In this document: positions 45,406-54,709 of the stretch, piece by piece
How the letters are laid out: each line of letters opens with the position of its first letter
Position numbering within the stretch: position 1 is the first letter of the stretch
Assembly: GCA_963770835.1 (NCBI GenBank)
Contig: CAVYRH010000004.1
Span: forward strand, 416,001-480,000
Direction of reading: 5' to 3'
DNA from: an uncultured Pseudomonadota bacterium
Lineage (GTDB): Bacteria > Oederibacteriota > Muellerivitia > Muellerivitales > Muellerivitaceae
Length of the DNA: 64,000 nt
Program-made: the position numbers and the translations under genes
The notes under the pieces: generated by a model
Databases searched by the model: none
What the model was told of the DNA's origin: nothing
What the model saw: the letters and a program-made list of their open reading frames with translations, nothing else

Positions 45406-46779
45406 ATGTTTTCCTGGCCTTTTGGCCATTTCCTTTCGATCGCCAGTTTCCTTTTGGCCGTCCTCTTCGTGTCCTTCATCCTGCGCTCCAAAAGGCCTCC
45501 CGGAAACACCCTGGCATGGCTTATTTTCGTCCTGGTGGCCCCCTACCTGGGGATTCCGTTCTACATTTTCCTGAGCGGCCGGAAGTTCCAGACCCGGCTC
45601 CAAAAAAAGAAAGCCCTTTACGAACCCAATCCCTCCGAAGCCGCCCAGTGGGAAGGGGCCGTCGAAAAACTCCTGGCCGGTTTCGGGGTCCCGCCGACCA
45701 GGCCCTCCCAAAGGGCCCGGCTGATCACCACCGGCGAGGAGGCCTACGCCAAAATCGCGGAACTGATCACTTCGGCCCAACGCCGCATCCATTTGACCAC
45801 CTTCATCTTCGCCCGGGACCCGGTGGGGGATAGCCTTATCCGGCTCCTGGAAAAAAAGGCGGAAGAGGGCGTTTCGGTTTGCCTTCTGCTGGATTCCTTC
45901 GGCTCCCTTTGGGCCCCGCGCCCTTTCTTCAAGGGCTTGAGGGAGAAGGGGGGCCAGGTCGTCTACTTCAACCCGGTCATTCATCTTCCTTTCCGGGGCA
46001 GCGCCAACCTCCGCAACCACCGGAAGTTCCTCGTCGTCGATTCCCGGCGGGCGATCCTGGGGGGGATGAATTTCGCGCAAGAATACATGGGCCCGGATCC
46101 CGACCCCCGCCGCTGGACCGATCTTTCCCTGGAGATGGAGGGTTCGGGCGTGGGGGATTTGGAAGCGGTCTTCAGCGAGGATTGGAAGTTCGCGACGGGA
46201 AAAGACCCGGGCTTGGACGGCGCCGTAGGGGCCGAGCCCCCGGGGGATTGCCAGCTCCAGGTCGTCGCCAGCGGGCCGGACGTGCGATGGGACCCCCTCT
46301 ACGACTGCCTGCTTTCGATGATCTTCCAGGCCTCGCGGAGGATATGGATCGCCACCCCCTATTTCATTCCTGACGAGGCCTTAAGCAAGGCGCTGGAACT
46401 GGCCGCCCGCAGGGGCATTGAGGTCCGGATCCTGGTCCCCCGGAAATCCAACCATTGGCTGGCCGACCTGGCCCGGGGCACTTACCTGCGGCAAATCCTG
46501 AAATCCGGGGGACAGGTGTCGCTGGCGGAAAAAATGCTTCATGCCAAGGCTTTTTTGGTGGATGGGAAATACGCCATTTTGGGGTCGGCCAATTTCGACA
46601 TGCGGAGCCTTCTATATAACTATGAGGTGGGTCTCTTGATCCGGCCCGGGGAACCCTTTTCCGCGCTGGAACAGTGGTTTGAGGGCCAATTCCGATCGGC
46701 GGGGAAATCCGACGTCCGGGTGAACTACCTACGGGACTTGGCTGAAGGCGTGGGGCGGGTTTTGGGGCCCCTGATTTAA
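45406..46779 (+). CDS. cls: Cardiolipin synthase / phospholipase D
   Basis: N-terminal TMs; two HKD motifs NHRKFLVVD and LHAKAFLVD; SGPD, TPYFIPD, GSANFDMRS. Confidence 0.9.
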   Translation: MFSWPFGHFLSIASFLLAVLFVSFILRSKRPPGNTLAWLIFVLVAPYLGIPFYIFLSGRKFQTRLQKKKALYEPNPSEAAQWEGAVEKLLAGFGVPPTRPSQRARLITTGEEAYAKIAELITSAQRRIHLTTFIFARDPVGDSLIRLLEKKAEEGVSVCLLLDSFGSLWAPRPFFKGLREKGGQVVYFNPVIHLPFRGSANLRNHRKFLVVDSRRAILGGMNFAQEYMGPDPDPRRWTDLSLEMEGSGVGDLEAVFSEDWKFATGKDPGLDGAVGAEPPGDCQLQVVASGPDVRWDPLYDCLLSMIFQASRRIWIATPYFIPDEALSKALELAARRGIEVRILVPRKSNHWLADLARGTYLRQILKSGGQVSLAEKMLHAKAFLVDGKYAILGSANFDMRSLLYNYEVGLLIRPGEPFSALEQWFEGQFRSAGKSDVRVNYLRDLAEGVGRVLGPLI

Positions 46780-46869
46780 GGAACCCCCTTGAACCAAGGT
46801 ACTTCCATTGGGTCCGGCCTCTTTAACCCCGCTCTCACCCAGGCTTGTTATTCAAAGATCCATCTTTTT

Positions 46870-46908
46870 TTACTTCTTTATCCCTTTTACCGGTTTTTTT
46901 TTCTTCAT
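46870..46908 (-). CDS. Candidate 12-aa basic micropeptide MKKKKPVKGIKK
   Basis: AAGGAGG SD 9 nt upstream of the ATG; too short for the ORF track. Confidence 0.35.
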   Translation of the reverse strand: MKKKKPVKGIKK

Positions 46909-46961
46909 CTTTTGGAACCTCCTTGTTTCATTTTATGGATTCCCGCTGGCGAAGCCGGTAT

Positions 46962-47393
46962 TCACAAAAGAATCTCGTCCCCCTGCAGGACGTTCACTTG
47001 GTCCTCATCGGATGAGGTGTTATCGGTGATCTCGGCGGAGGGGCCGGTCAAAAGCAATGTCACATTCACGACATCGTCATCATGGGCCGAATCCACAACG
47101 GGTTTGGAAATAGTCTCCAAGTAGGAAGCCAGGTCCCGGTTATCCGCCTGGCTTTGCTGGTAATGGACCCCGGTTAAAGTCACGCAAAGGCAGGCGGCCA
47201 ATAGGATCCAACCGCCCGGATGGGCCCAGGGCCTCCAAGTAATCGAACTCCGGGTATGTTTTTTGCTATCCGACAGGCGGTCTTCCACCTTAAGCCAAGC
47301 CCGCGTGAAGGCCTCGTCTTCGGGCGAAACCCCGCGCATCGCCCCCAGTTCTTTCTTAATTTGTTGAGCTTTCCAATTGTTCCGGGTCGTCAT
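46962..47393 (-). CDS. Small bitopic membrane protein, anti-sigma-factor-like
   Basis: P.DEAFTRAW..VE.RL segment, one TM helix, acidic periplasmic tail. Confidence 0.55.
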   Translation of the reverse strand: MTTRNNWKAQQIKKELGAMRGVSPEDEAFTRAWLKVEDRLSDSKKHTRSSITWRPWAHPGGWILLAACLCVTLTGVHYQQSQADNRDLASYLETISKPVVDSAHDDDVVNVTLLLTGPSAEITDNTSSDEDQVNVLQGDEILL

Positions 47394-47461
47394 CCTCAAA
47401 ATCCTTATCAACTTCCGAAATACGTATGGTTCCCTTATTAAACGGACTAACAACTTCTAAA

Positions 47462-47477
47462 TGCAACTGCCGTACCA
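47462..47477 (-). promoter_or_regulatory. Sigma54 promoter
   Basis: TGGTAC-GGCAG-TTGCA on the minus strand, about 70 bp upstream of ATG 47393. Confidence 0.65.
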
Positions 47478-47718
47478 ATTTTTTTAGAGTTCGGACGCCC
47501 AAAGACCGGCATTTATTCTGGAAAAAGAGGGGTAGGGTTGGAAAAAGAACAGCTATGGCTAAAAATCCGGTATACGGATTTGTAAGAACAACTTAAATAT
47601 TCCCCGGAAAAAGGAGCGCGCTCCGGTTCAAAATATTTCCTGTTCCCGATATTCTTAAAAACGGCCTGGAGCACATCCAGGCGGCAAGGGCATTACTTAA
47701 ACAAAGGGAGGAAAACAC

Positions 47719-48300
47719 ATGGGCAAGATCACGGTTGTCAACAGCGTGACCCTCGACGGGGTCATGCAGGGGCCGGCCCGGCCGGACGAGGACACGCGCG
47801 GGGGTTTCACGAAGGGCGGCTGGGGGATCCCCTTCCAGGACGCGGTATCGGGAAAAAAGATGGGCGAGATGATGGCGAAGGGGGACGGGGCGCTCCTCCT
47901 GGGGCGGCGGACCTACGAGAACTTTTATTCCGTCTGGCCCAAAAGGAAGGACAACCCCTACACGGACCACCTCAACAAAACCCAGAAATACGTGGCCTCC
48001 CGGACCCTGAAGGAGCCGCTTCCATGGGAAAACTCGGTGCTGCTTAAGGGCGACGCGGCGGACGCGGTGGCCGACCTCAAGAAGAAAAGCGGCATGAACC
48101 TGGGCATCCTGGGCAGCGGGGAACTGATCCACTCGCTTCTTCAAAGGAACCTTATCGACGAATTCGTGCTCGTGATCACCCCGATCGTACTGGGAGAGGG
48201 CCGCAAGCTATTCACGGAAGGGGACTCCGCCCAATTCCGGCTGGTGGAGAGCCTCCCGACGACAACCGGGGTGATCATCGCGACTTACCAGCGCGCATAG
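47719..48300 (+). CDS. Dihydrofolate reductase-like (RibD C-terminal) protein
   Basis: SVTLDGVMQGP, LLGRRTYE, KYVASRTL, GSGELI, PIVLGEG.KLF. Confidence 0.9.
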   Translation: MGKITVVNSVTLDGVMQGPARPDEDTRGGFTKGGWGIPFQDAVSGKKMGEMMAKGDGALLLGRRTYENFYSVWPKRKDNPYTDHLNKTQKYVASRTLKEPLPWENSVLLKGDAADAVADLKKKSGMNLGILGSGELIHSLLQRNLIDEFVLVITPIVLGEGRKLFTEGDSAQFRLVESLPTTTGVIIATYQRA

Positions 48301-48354
48301 CCCGTTAAGGAGTTCCGGGCGGGGCCAAGCGCCCGGCCCGGCCTCTTTGTCCCC

Positions 48355-49305
48355 TTAAAGGTAAAGCTTCAGCGCGATGTTTCCGTTGAAGCCCGTGTAG
48401 TCCATGTCTGTGTCCTTGACGCCGGACGGCAGGGCGGTACTCGTCGAAACGGGATACTCGATGTGGAAATTACTGCCGATGGGGGTATAGCTCACCAGGG
48501 CGAAGGGTCCGCCCGACTGGGAAGTCCCGTTGATAGTGTAGGAATTGGCCGTGAGCTTGTTGAAGTCGACGGCCCGGAAGCGGCCCGTAATCTCCAGGGC
48601 CAGGTTGCCCCCCAGGGACAGCTCCTCGTCCACACCCAGGGTCCCCCCGATGCCGTCCTGCCCGAAATCCCCCACAATGGTGGTGCCCCCCTCCCCGTAA
48701 TCCGTTTGGTAATGGACGGAACCGTGGTAATAGCCGCCTCCCACCACGATCGAGGTCTTGTTTCCATTGCCCTTGAGGAGCGTCAGCTCGTAGTTCAAGG
48801 CGATCCCCAAAAGAGTGGGGTCGTATTTAAAGAAAAAGCCCGTATCCGGGCCGGAGGTTACATTGAGCCCCGATTCGGAGGTCCATGTGTATTCGCCGCT
48901 GACGTCGAAGGAACTAGTGGAATCCAGGGCGTAGCCGAATTTGACGCCGGCCAAAATTCCGCTGTCGGCGACCCCCAGGTTGCTACTGTCGCCAAAGCCC
49001 TTGGCGGCGTTCACCAAGCCGTTAATGTCGCTTCCTAGGGCACCCAGGTTGGCGAAGTCGTAGCCCCCGTAAACACTGGCCCAAAAGCCTGATCCGACTG
49101 ATAGCTTGTCATCCGCTGGGGTGTCCTCGTTGTTCACGTTCTTCTTCGTAGCCTTGGCGAATAGGAGGGGCGCCGGCTGGTCCTGGGGTTCGGGTTGGAA
49201 ACCCACCGTTCCCCAAGAAAGGTCTTCCGCTTGAACGGCGGTTGCGCCGGTCACACCCAGAATAAATGCTGCGGCTAAAACCCAATTCATGAAACGCTTT
49301 TGCAT
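48355..49305 (-). CDS. Outer-membrane beta-barrel protein
   Basis: Signal peptide, amphipathic strands, terminal DYTGFNGNIALKLYL. Confidence 0.7.
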   Translation of the reverse strand: MQKRFMNWVLAAAFILGVTGATAVQAEDLSWGTVGFQPEPQDQPAPLLFAKATKKNVNNEDTPADDKLSVGSGFWASVYGGYDFANLGALGSDINGLVNAAKGFGDSSNLGVADSGILAGVKFGYALDSTSSFDVSGEYTWTSESGLNVTSGPDTGFFFKYDPTLLGIALNYELTLLKGNGNKTSIVVGGGYYHGSVHYQTDYGEGGTTIVGDFGQDGIGGTLGVDEELSLGGNLALEITGRFRAVDFNKLTANSYTINGTSQSGGPFALVSYTPIGSNFHIEYPVSTSTALPSGVKDTDMDYTGFNGNIALKLYL

Positions 49306-49452
49306 GGAATCCTCCCTTTGAAAAGTCGCCCTTGGAAGCGGGACTATTTAACCAAAGCTTTTTCGTTCGAACACCGAAGATTTCTGTCTATTTACCGTTA
49401 TGAAACTGGGGGTTAGTAGGGATTCCCCTATGAGCGCTATGCGCCGAGGGGG

Positions 49453-49890
49453 TTACCGGTACCTCTTCGAACCCAGCGAAAAGGGAGCGGTCGTTTTGCG
49501 GGTCCTGGATCGTAAAGGGTCGGAAAGAATATTGTGGAACTTATATGAAGCCATCAGCAGCACGAGGAAGATGAAGGGAAAGGGGGCGTGGGCGTAATCC
49601 CCGGCCAACAAATGGGAAGCGGTGGCGCCCAGGAACAGGAAGGTAAAACCGGCATAGGCCCATTCCTTCATCAAGGGAATCCTGCCCGTTAAGATCGCCA
49701 ATGCCCCCAGGATTTTCGCGAACCCCAAAATCCTCATCAGGTAGAGCGGATATCCCAGCGTATGAAAAATCTGGACAACGGCCTCCGAGCCGTTCGCGAA
49801 GAACTCTGGGATCCCGGAACCGGCGGTAGGCGCCAGGACCAAGACCGTCAATACCCAGTAGATCACCTTATTTTGTTTGTCCGCATTCAT
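49453..49890 (-). CDS. DoxX-like membrane protein
   Basis: IYW..T, LGYP.Y....LG.AKILG, KEWAYAGF.F...GA..SH. Confidence 0.85.
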   Translation of the reverse strand: MNADKQNKVIYWVLTVLVLAPTAGSGIPEFFANGSEAVVQIFHTLGYPLYLMRILGFAKILGALAILTGRIPLMKEWAYAGFTFLFLGATASHLLAGDYAHAPFPFIFLVLLMASYKFHNILSDPLRSRTRKTTAPFSLGSKRYR

Positions 49891-50089
49891 GGGACCTTCT
49901 CCTTTACTTCAAAATGGGTTCTTTTAATCATGGCATAGGCTTGAAAGGTTTTGGGCAATTTGCTGGGTAAAGAGCCTCGCCTTTTTGCCCATCGTGGGCA
50001 GGAAGTGGGGCTTTATCAAGCCCCATGCCCGCTTTTACCAAGCCCTGGTATAGTACGTCTTGATAAAAACAAGTTACGAACGGCATGAC

Positions 50090-51121
50090 ATGAACCCCAA
50101 TGCTTCAAGCAGGGAAGCCCATCCCCGGAGTTTTTATACATGGGCGGCTTTGACATGGATCGGCCTCCCCGCCTTCCTGGTTTTCCTGCCCTCCGCCCTC
50201 ATGGCCCAAAGCGCCCCAACCCAAAAGGCGTCCTCGGTTTTCGCCCCTGTTTCGGCTCCGGCCGCCCATTACGCGACGCTGCAAGAAGCCATGAATGCGG
50301 GCAAAGAGGCCATCCAGGACCAACGATGGGCGGACGCCCTCACGGCCTTTCTCGCCGCCGAAACCATGACGTCGAACCCCCAAGACCAGGCGGTATTGGA
50401 AAAATGGGTGGAGTATGTGGAGGCGAAGCGGGGAACGGCCGGGCCGGCCACCGAAACCAGCGGACCCGGGTCCTCCAATTCCGCCCCCCCGCCGGTTTAC
50501 TCCCGGAACGCGGTGGATATCTCGAAAGTCAAAGCCACGCCGGTTCCGGCCGGGGCCTACCGCCCCGGAAATTTCGGCGGCAGGGGGGTATGGCTCCTCC
50601 ACGGCGATGCCGTGGAGAATCTCATTGATCCGATTACGACGCTGGAAAGCTTCAACCCGGGCTTTGGCGCGGGCGCGGGTTATTTCGCGCCGATCGGTTC
50701 CCATTTCAAGCTGGGCCCGGACCTGGATTATTTAACTTATTCCAATACGAAAACCATCACGTATTTCCCCCCCGGTTCCCTGCCCGTCCCGGTCGCCCAA
50801 AACCTGGCGGAGACCGAATGGGAAATTTCCCTGGATGGACAGATCGACTTGTCGGCGCCCCATAACGATTATTCCTACTTCTTAGTGGGGCTTGGGGCAG
50901 CCTTCCAAAAATTTTCTGGAAACGGCGCGACGGTTTCGGCCACGAGCCCCATGGTCCGGCTCGGGGCCGGCGGCAACTTGATCGAACAAAAGGGCTTTTG
51001 CGCTTTCGTGGAACTGCGGTTCAACCTGATTTACCTGGGCCAATCCACCGCCGACAGTCTGGGTAGTCCCTCGGGGTTGATTCTTGAAGTGCCGCTCAAT
51101 ATCGGTATTGGGCTGGATTGA
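50090..51121 (+). CDS. Exported protein with helical N-domain and C-terminal beta-barrel
   Basis: Signal-like segment, TPR-like helix pair, Pro linker, barrel strands ending VPLNIGIGLD. Confidence 0.6.
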   Translation: MNPNASSREAHPRSFYTWAALTWIGLPAFLVFLPSALMAQSAPTQKASSVFAPVSAPAAHYATLQEAMNAGKEAIQDQRWADALTAFLAAETMTSNPQDQAVLEKWVEYVEAKRGTAGPATETSGPGSSNSAPPPVYSRNAVDISKVKATPVPAGAYRPGNFGGRGVWLLHGDAVENLIDPITTLESFNPGFGAGAGYFAPIGSHFKLGPDLDYLTYSNTKTITYFPPGSLPVPVAQNLAETEWEISLDGQIDLSAPHNDYSYFLVGLGAAFQKFSGNGATVSATSPMVRLGAGGNLIEQKGFCAFVELRFNLIYLGQSTADSLGSPSGLILEVPLNIGIGLD

Positions 51122-51239
51122 AAAGGATTAGAATCGGAGTGGTTTAAAGGTGGGCTCGGCTTCCAAGTAGGGAAGGGTTTGTCTCCCGCGGTCTCGGCGG
51201 AAGAGCGGAGACGGGGCTTTAGGTTTCTATGGGGGGCCT

Positions 51240-53372
51240 ATGACCGACGAAATGAATCCAACTCCCGTTCCGCCCGCCCCTCCTTCCGGGCCACCTCCCG
51301 CTCGTTCCCCCATCCGCAGGGCGGTGATCCTAATCCTCCTGGCCGTCGGCTCGCTGCTCACCCTTGTGTTGTTGGGCGGCGGCGGTTATGCCCTTTACCT
51401 GTACTGGCAATATATGGCCCAACAGAAGGCCCAAACCCAAAAGGTCCAGGAACGGGAATTAAGGCAACTGCAGCTTCAGAAGGCCCTCCAGGCGAGGGTG
51501 GAGGATATCCGGCAGAACGGAACGGCTCTCCCGCCCTGCCCGCTCCTCTACCCCCTCCTCAACGAAAAGGGGAAGGCCACCCCTCTTGGTTCCTTCTTGA
51601 GTTTTTACGCCATGCGGCAGGCCACCTACCTGCCCCAATCGGTTTTCCAACTTCCCGATTCGCCCGTGATCTTCGACAACTTCGACCTTTTCCAGGAGAA
51701 AGAGATAGACCCTTCGGCTTACCGGGACCAATTGCCCTATTACTTCGGTTCCAAGGAATTCGGGGAGGGGACCCTCCGGAAAACCAGCAAAGGCTACCGG
51801 ATCAAGCTGCGCTTCTGGGGCGACCGCCCCGGCAAGAAATACCAAAAGAATTTCAAAAAGAAGGACCTGAACAAGGCCCCGGGCTGGATGGCCGCCTGCA
51901 TCCAAAACTACGCCGGCTTCCAACCTGCCCTGGAACAGGCCGCTTACCGGGACCAACCCGTCTTCGGCGACGGCGACGACTTTCTCCTCGCGGCCGCGGA
52001 GGAAAAATTGTTCCGCAGCAGCGGCACCAAACTGGTCCTACATTGGGACCGCATCCTGGCGAAGAACCCCGAAAACCCCTATTTGGTGGCCCGCAAGGTT
52101 TACCTCCTCACGGCGCTGGACTACAACAATTACCTGGATTATTTGGAGCCCCTGGCCCGGAAGCAACCCGACAGCACTTATTTCCACTACGTGCTCGCGA
52201 ACGAATACAACACCAAGAAAAAATACGACCAGGCCCTGGATATTTGCTTCGCTGAGCTCAAGCGTGACGACAACAATCCCATGTGGTACGACGTTGCCGA
52301 GACAAGCCTCGAGTGGAAAGGGGATTGGATCAATGCCTACCAGTTGTTGAAAAACTGGGCCGCGAAATACCCCGGTAATCCCAAAGCCTGGGTGATGTTG
52401 GGGTATTTTTTAAAGGGTTGGGCATGGGATGCCCGCGGGTCTGATTTGGCCGTCAATGTGCCGAAGGCCGCCTGGCCCATTTTCAAAAAGAGGATCAACG
52501 AGGGTTACGGCTATGCCCAAAAGGCCACCCAAGTGGCGCCCGGCTTCTGGCTTACCTGGGACACGGCGCTGGGCTATGGGAACGGGGCCGAGCTGGAAGA
52601 TACCATCGTGCGGAATTACTTCGAGCATGCGCGCAAGCTCAATCCCATCAGTTACCACCCTTACAGTATTCTCCTGGATCACCTCAAGCCCAAATGGAGC
52701 GGGAGCGAGGAAGACATGATGGATTTCGCTCAAAAATATTCGGATCTGTTCCCTTATCTCATGGTCGAAGCCGCGGCGGAGAACATGGAGTGGGATGACC
52801 AGCTTAAAACCAAAAAAATATTAAGCCCGGAAACCCAAACGGCCTACAGGAAATCCCTCGATTGGCCCCTTTACCAAAAATACACCGAGTTGTACCTGAG
52901 GAAGTGGCCCTATGACCTGGACACCTGGTATTCCTACGCCATTTATGCCGAACAGGCCGGAGCCTTGGATAAAGTAATCCAATACGCCCGTCAAATGGCG
53001 GGGGAAAACCCGGAATTGGAGGCGCTGCCCGCCATGGTGGCCGCATCCGAAAGCGACGCCCACTATTGGAACCTGGACTCCAACTTCGAGAAGTCGGCCT
53101 ACTGGATGGGTCAGGACCGCTTCAAGGTGATCGCGGCCGAATCCCTCCAAATGCGGAAACTTGATCCCGAGAACTGGTATTGGCCCAACCGGGCCATCTG
53201 TTTCCTCATGCACACCAGCCAGGTGGACGCGGCGGTGAAGGAATACAAATACGTCGGGGAAGCCCACTGGGACCCGACGGTTTGCGAGAAATCGGACTGG
53301 GAGACCGTCAAAGGGTGGGCCATCGCCACGCCCACCGCCGTGCCGGCGGTTTCCATGCCGCATCAGGAATAA
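51240..53372 (+). CDS. Membrane-anchored TPR/DUF4034-like protein
   Basis: N-terminal TM; AWDARG..A..V...W..F..R and L.PKW.GS motifs; helical repeats. Confidence 0.65.
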   Translation: MTDEMNPTPVPPAPPSGPPPARSPIRRAVILILLAVGSLLTLVLLGGGGYALYLYWQYMAQQKAQTQKVQERELRQLQLQKALQARVEDIRQNGTALPPCPLLYPLLNEKGKATPLGSFLSFYAMRQATYLPQSVFQLPDSPVIFDNFDLFQEKEIDPSAYRDQLPYYFGSKEFGEGTLRKTSKGYRIKLRFWGDRPGKKYQKNFKKKDLNKAPGWMAACIQNYAGFQPALEQAAYRDQPVFGDGDDFLLAAAEEKLFRSSGTKLVLHWDRILAKNPENPYLVARKVYLLTALDYNNYLDYLEPLARKQPDSTYFHYVLANEYNTKKKYDQALDICFAELKRDDNNPMWYDVAETSLEWKGDWINAYQLLKNWAAKYPGNPKAWVMLGYFLKGWAWDARGSDLAVNVPKAAWPIFKKRINEGYGYAQKATQVAPGFWLTWDTALGYGNGAELEDTIVRNYFEHARKLNPISYHPYSILLDHLKPKWSGSEEDMMDFAQKYSDLFPYLMVEAAAENMEWDDQLKTKKILSPETQTAYRKSLDWPLYQKYTELYLRKWPYDLDTWYSYAIYAEQAGALDKVIQYARQMAGENPELEALPAMVAASESDAHYWNLDSNFEKSAYWMGQDRFKVIAAESLQMRKLDPENWYWPNRAICFLMHTSQVDAAVKEYKYVGEAHWDPTVCEKSDWETVKGWAIATPTAVPAVSMPHQE

Positions 53373-53395
53373 CACATCTAGGAAAGGATCTATTC

Positions 53396-54027
53396 ATGAA
53401 AAAAATTATGGGAGTTTTCGTTTTGGCCATCAGCCTATCCTGCGCGGCCTTCGCCGGGCCCATCGGTTTGGGCCTCAAGGCTGGAGTGGCTTTGGACAAT
53501 GTCAACACCGCCCCGCCGCTCCCGGGTATCACCATTGCCCAGCAAACCCTGGTGGGGTAACCGGAGGGGCCTTCGCGGATGTCCAAGTGGCCGATTTCTT
53601 TTGCGTCCAACCGGAAGTCGACTTCATCCAAAAAGGCTCCCAGTTCAACGTGTCCGCCTCCGGCCTCGCTAACACCAATTCCCAGGTTTATAACTACCTG
53701 GAAATCCCACTTTTGCTCAAGGCACAAACGGGATTGGTCCCCGGCCTCAAGGGCTACCTTTTGGCGGGCCCGGCCCTGTCCTTTTTGTTGAACGAAACCA
53801 CATCGCTCACCGGCGGGCCAAGCCCGAACGTTTCCGTGGACGATACCAAATTTTTTCCCAACAGCTCATGGTCCCTGGCTTTCGGGGGAGGGGTGGAGTT
53901 CCAGGGCATTCTTTTGGATATCCGCTATGACCTGGGGTTGGACAGCGCCCTCTCGACCGGGTTTCCCAACCGCACCTACGGCCAGCTCAACGCTTTGACC
54001 TTTGATCTGGGCTACCGGCTGTTTTGA
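53396..54027 (+). pseudogene. Porin-family (OMP beta-barrel, PorT-like) gene with a 1-bp frameshift at 53554-53557
   Basis: MKK signal and GLKAG in one frame; VQPEVDFIQKG, YLEIPLLLK, DIRYDLGL, GYRLF in the next. One extra G in GGGG restores the frame. Confidence 0.75.
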
Positions 54028-54127
54028 GGAATGGAGGGATCAGGGGTTCGAGGGGCGGGGCCAAGTGCCCGCCGGAAAACACCCTTTCCAGACCTGGGGC
54101 GTCCAAATAGATGAAGGGGATAGGAAA

Positions 54128-54562
54128 ATGGCCCATAAAGGGATTTTTATTTTTGTTTTGGCGCTCCTGGGAGTCTTGGCGGGATGCGCTCCCCCCAGCC
54201 TTATCCGCTTGGGCAATCAAAATTACCCCCCAAAACCGGCGGATTACGACATGAAGGTTTTTGTCGGTGAACAGACGGTCCCCAGGACCTATATGGAAGT
54301 TTGCCTTTTTTCCTTCAATGGAACCACCCATCTTCCGGGCCGCTCGGCGGTGATATCCGCAGATTCATGCAAGGCTGAGGCCCGCAAGGCGGGCTGTGAC
54401 GCGATCGTCGTTGAGGATGCGGATACGGAAGGCGTTGACCTGAACCCGGCGGGCCGCCACCAGGAAAGGGAGGCGGTCGTCAAAGGGATCAAATTCGTCG
54501 ACCCATCGGACCAATCGCAAACCAACAATACGGACGAATTCCTTTATCTCCATGTGAAATAG
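54128..54562 (+). CDS. Lipoprotein
   Basis: Lipobox VLAGC; ARKAGCDAIV motif. Confidence 0.7.
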   Translation: MAHKGIFIFVLALLGVLAGCAPPSLIRLGNQNYPPKPADYDMKVFVGEQTVPRTYMEVCLFSFNGTTHLPGRSAVISADSCKAEARKAGCDAIVVEDADTEGVDLNPAGRHQEREAVVKGIKFVDPSDQSQTNNTDEFLYLHVK

Positions 54563-54709
54563 CAAAGGGACCGGGATCTGGGCGCCCCTGACCCGCCCTT
54601 GGTCAGAAATTGGAAGAATAGGGAATCAGCCGGGGGCTGGTTTTAAGAATCTTAAAAAAATTGGAAGAATTCCGGGTTGAATTGTTCCGAATCGGAACAA
54701 TTCAAATAA

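Noticed and set aside
53540..53570. Programmed frameshift or phase variation in the porin gene
   Set aside because: The run is only G4 with no slippery heptamer. A single-base loss from sequencing error or mutation is simpler, and a similar defect occurs near 44690.
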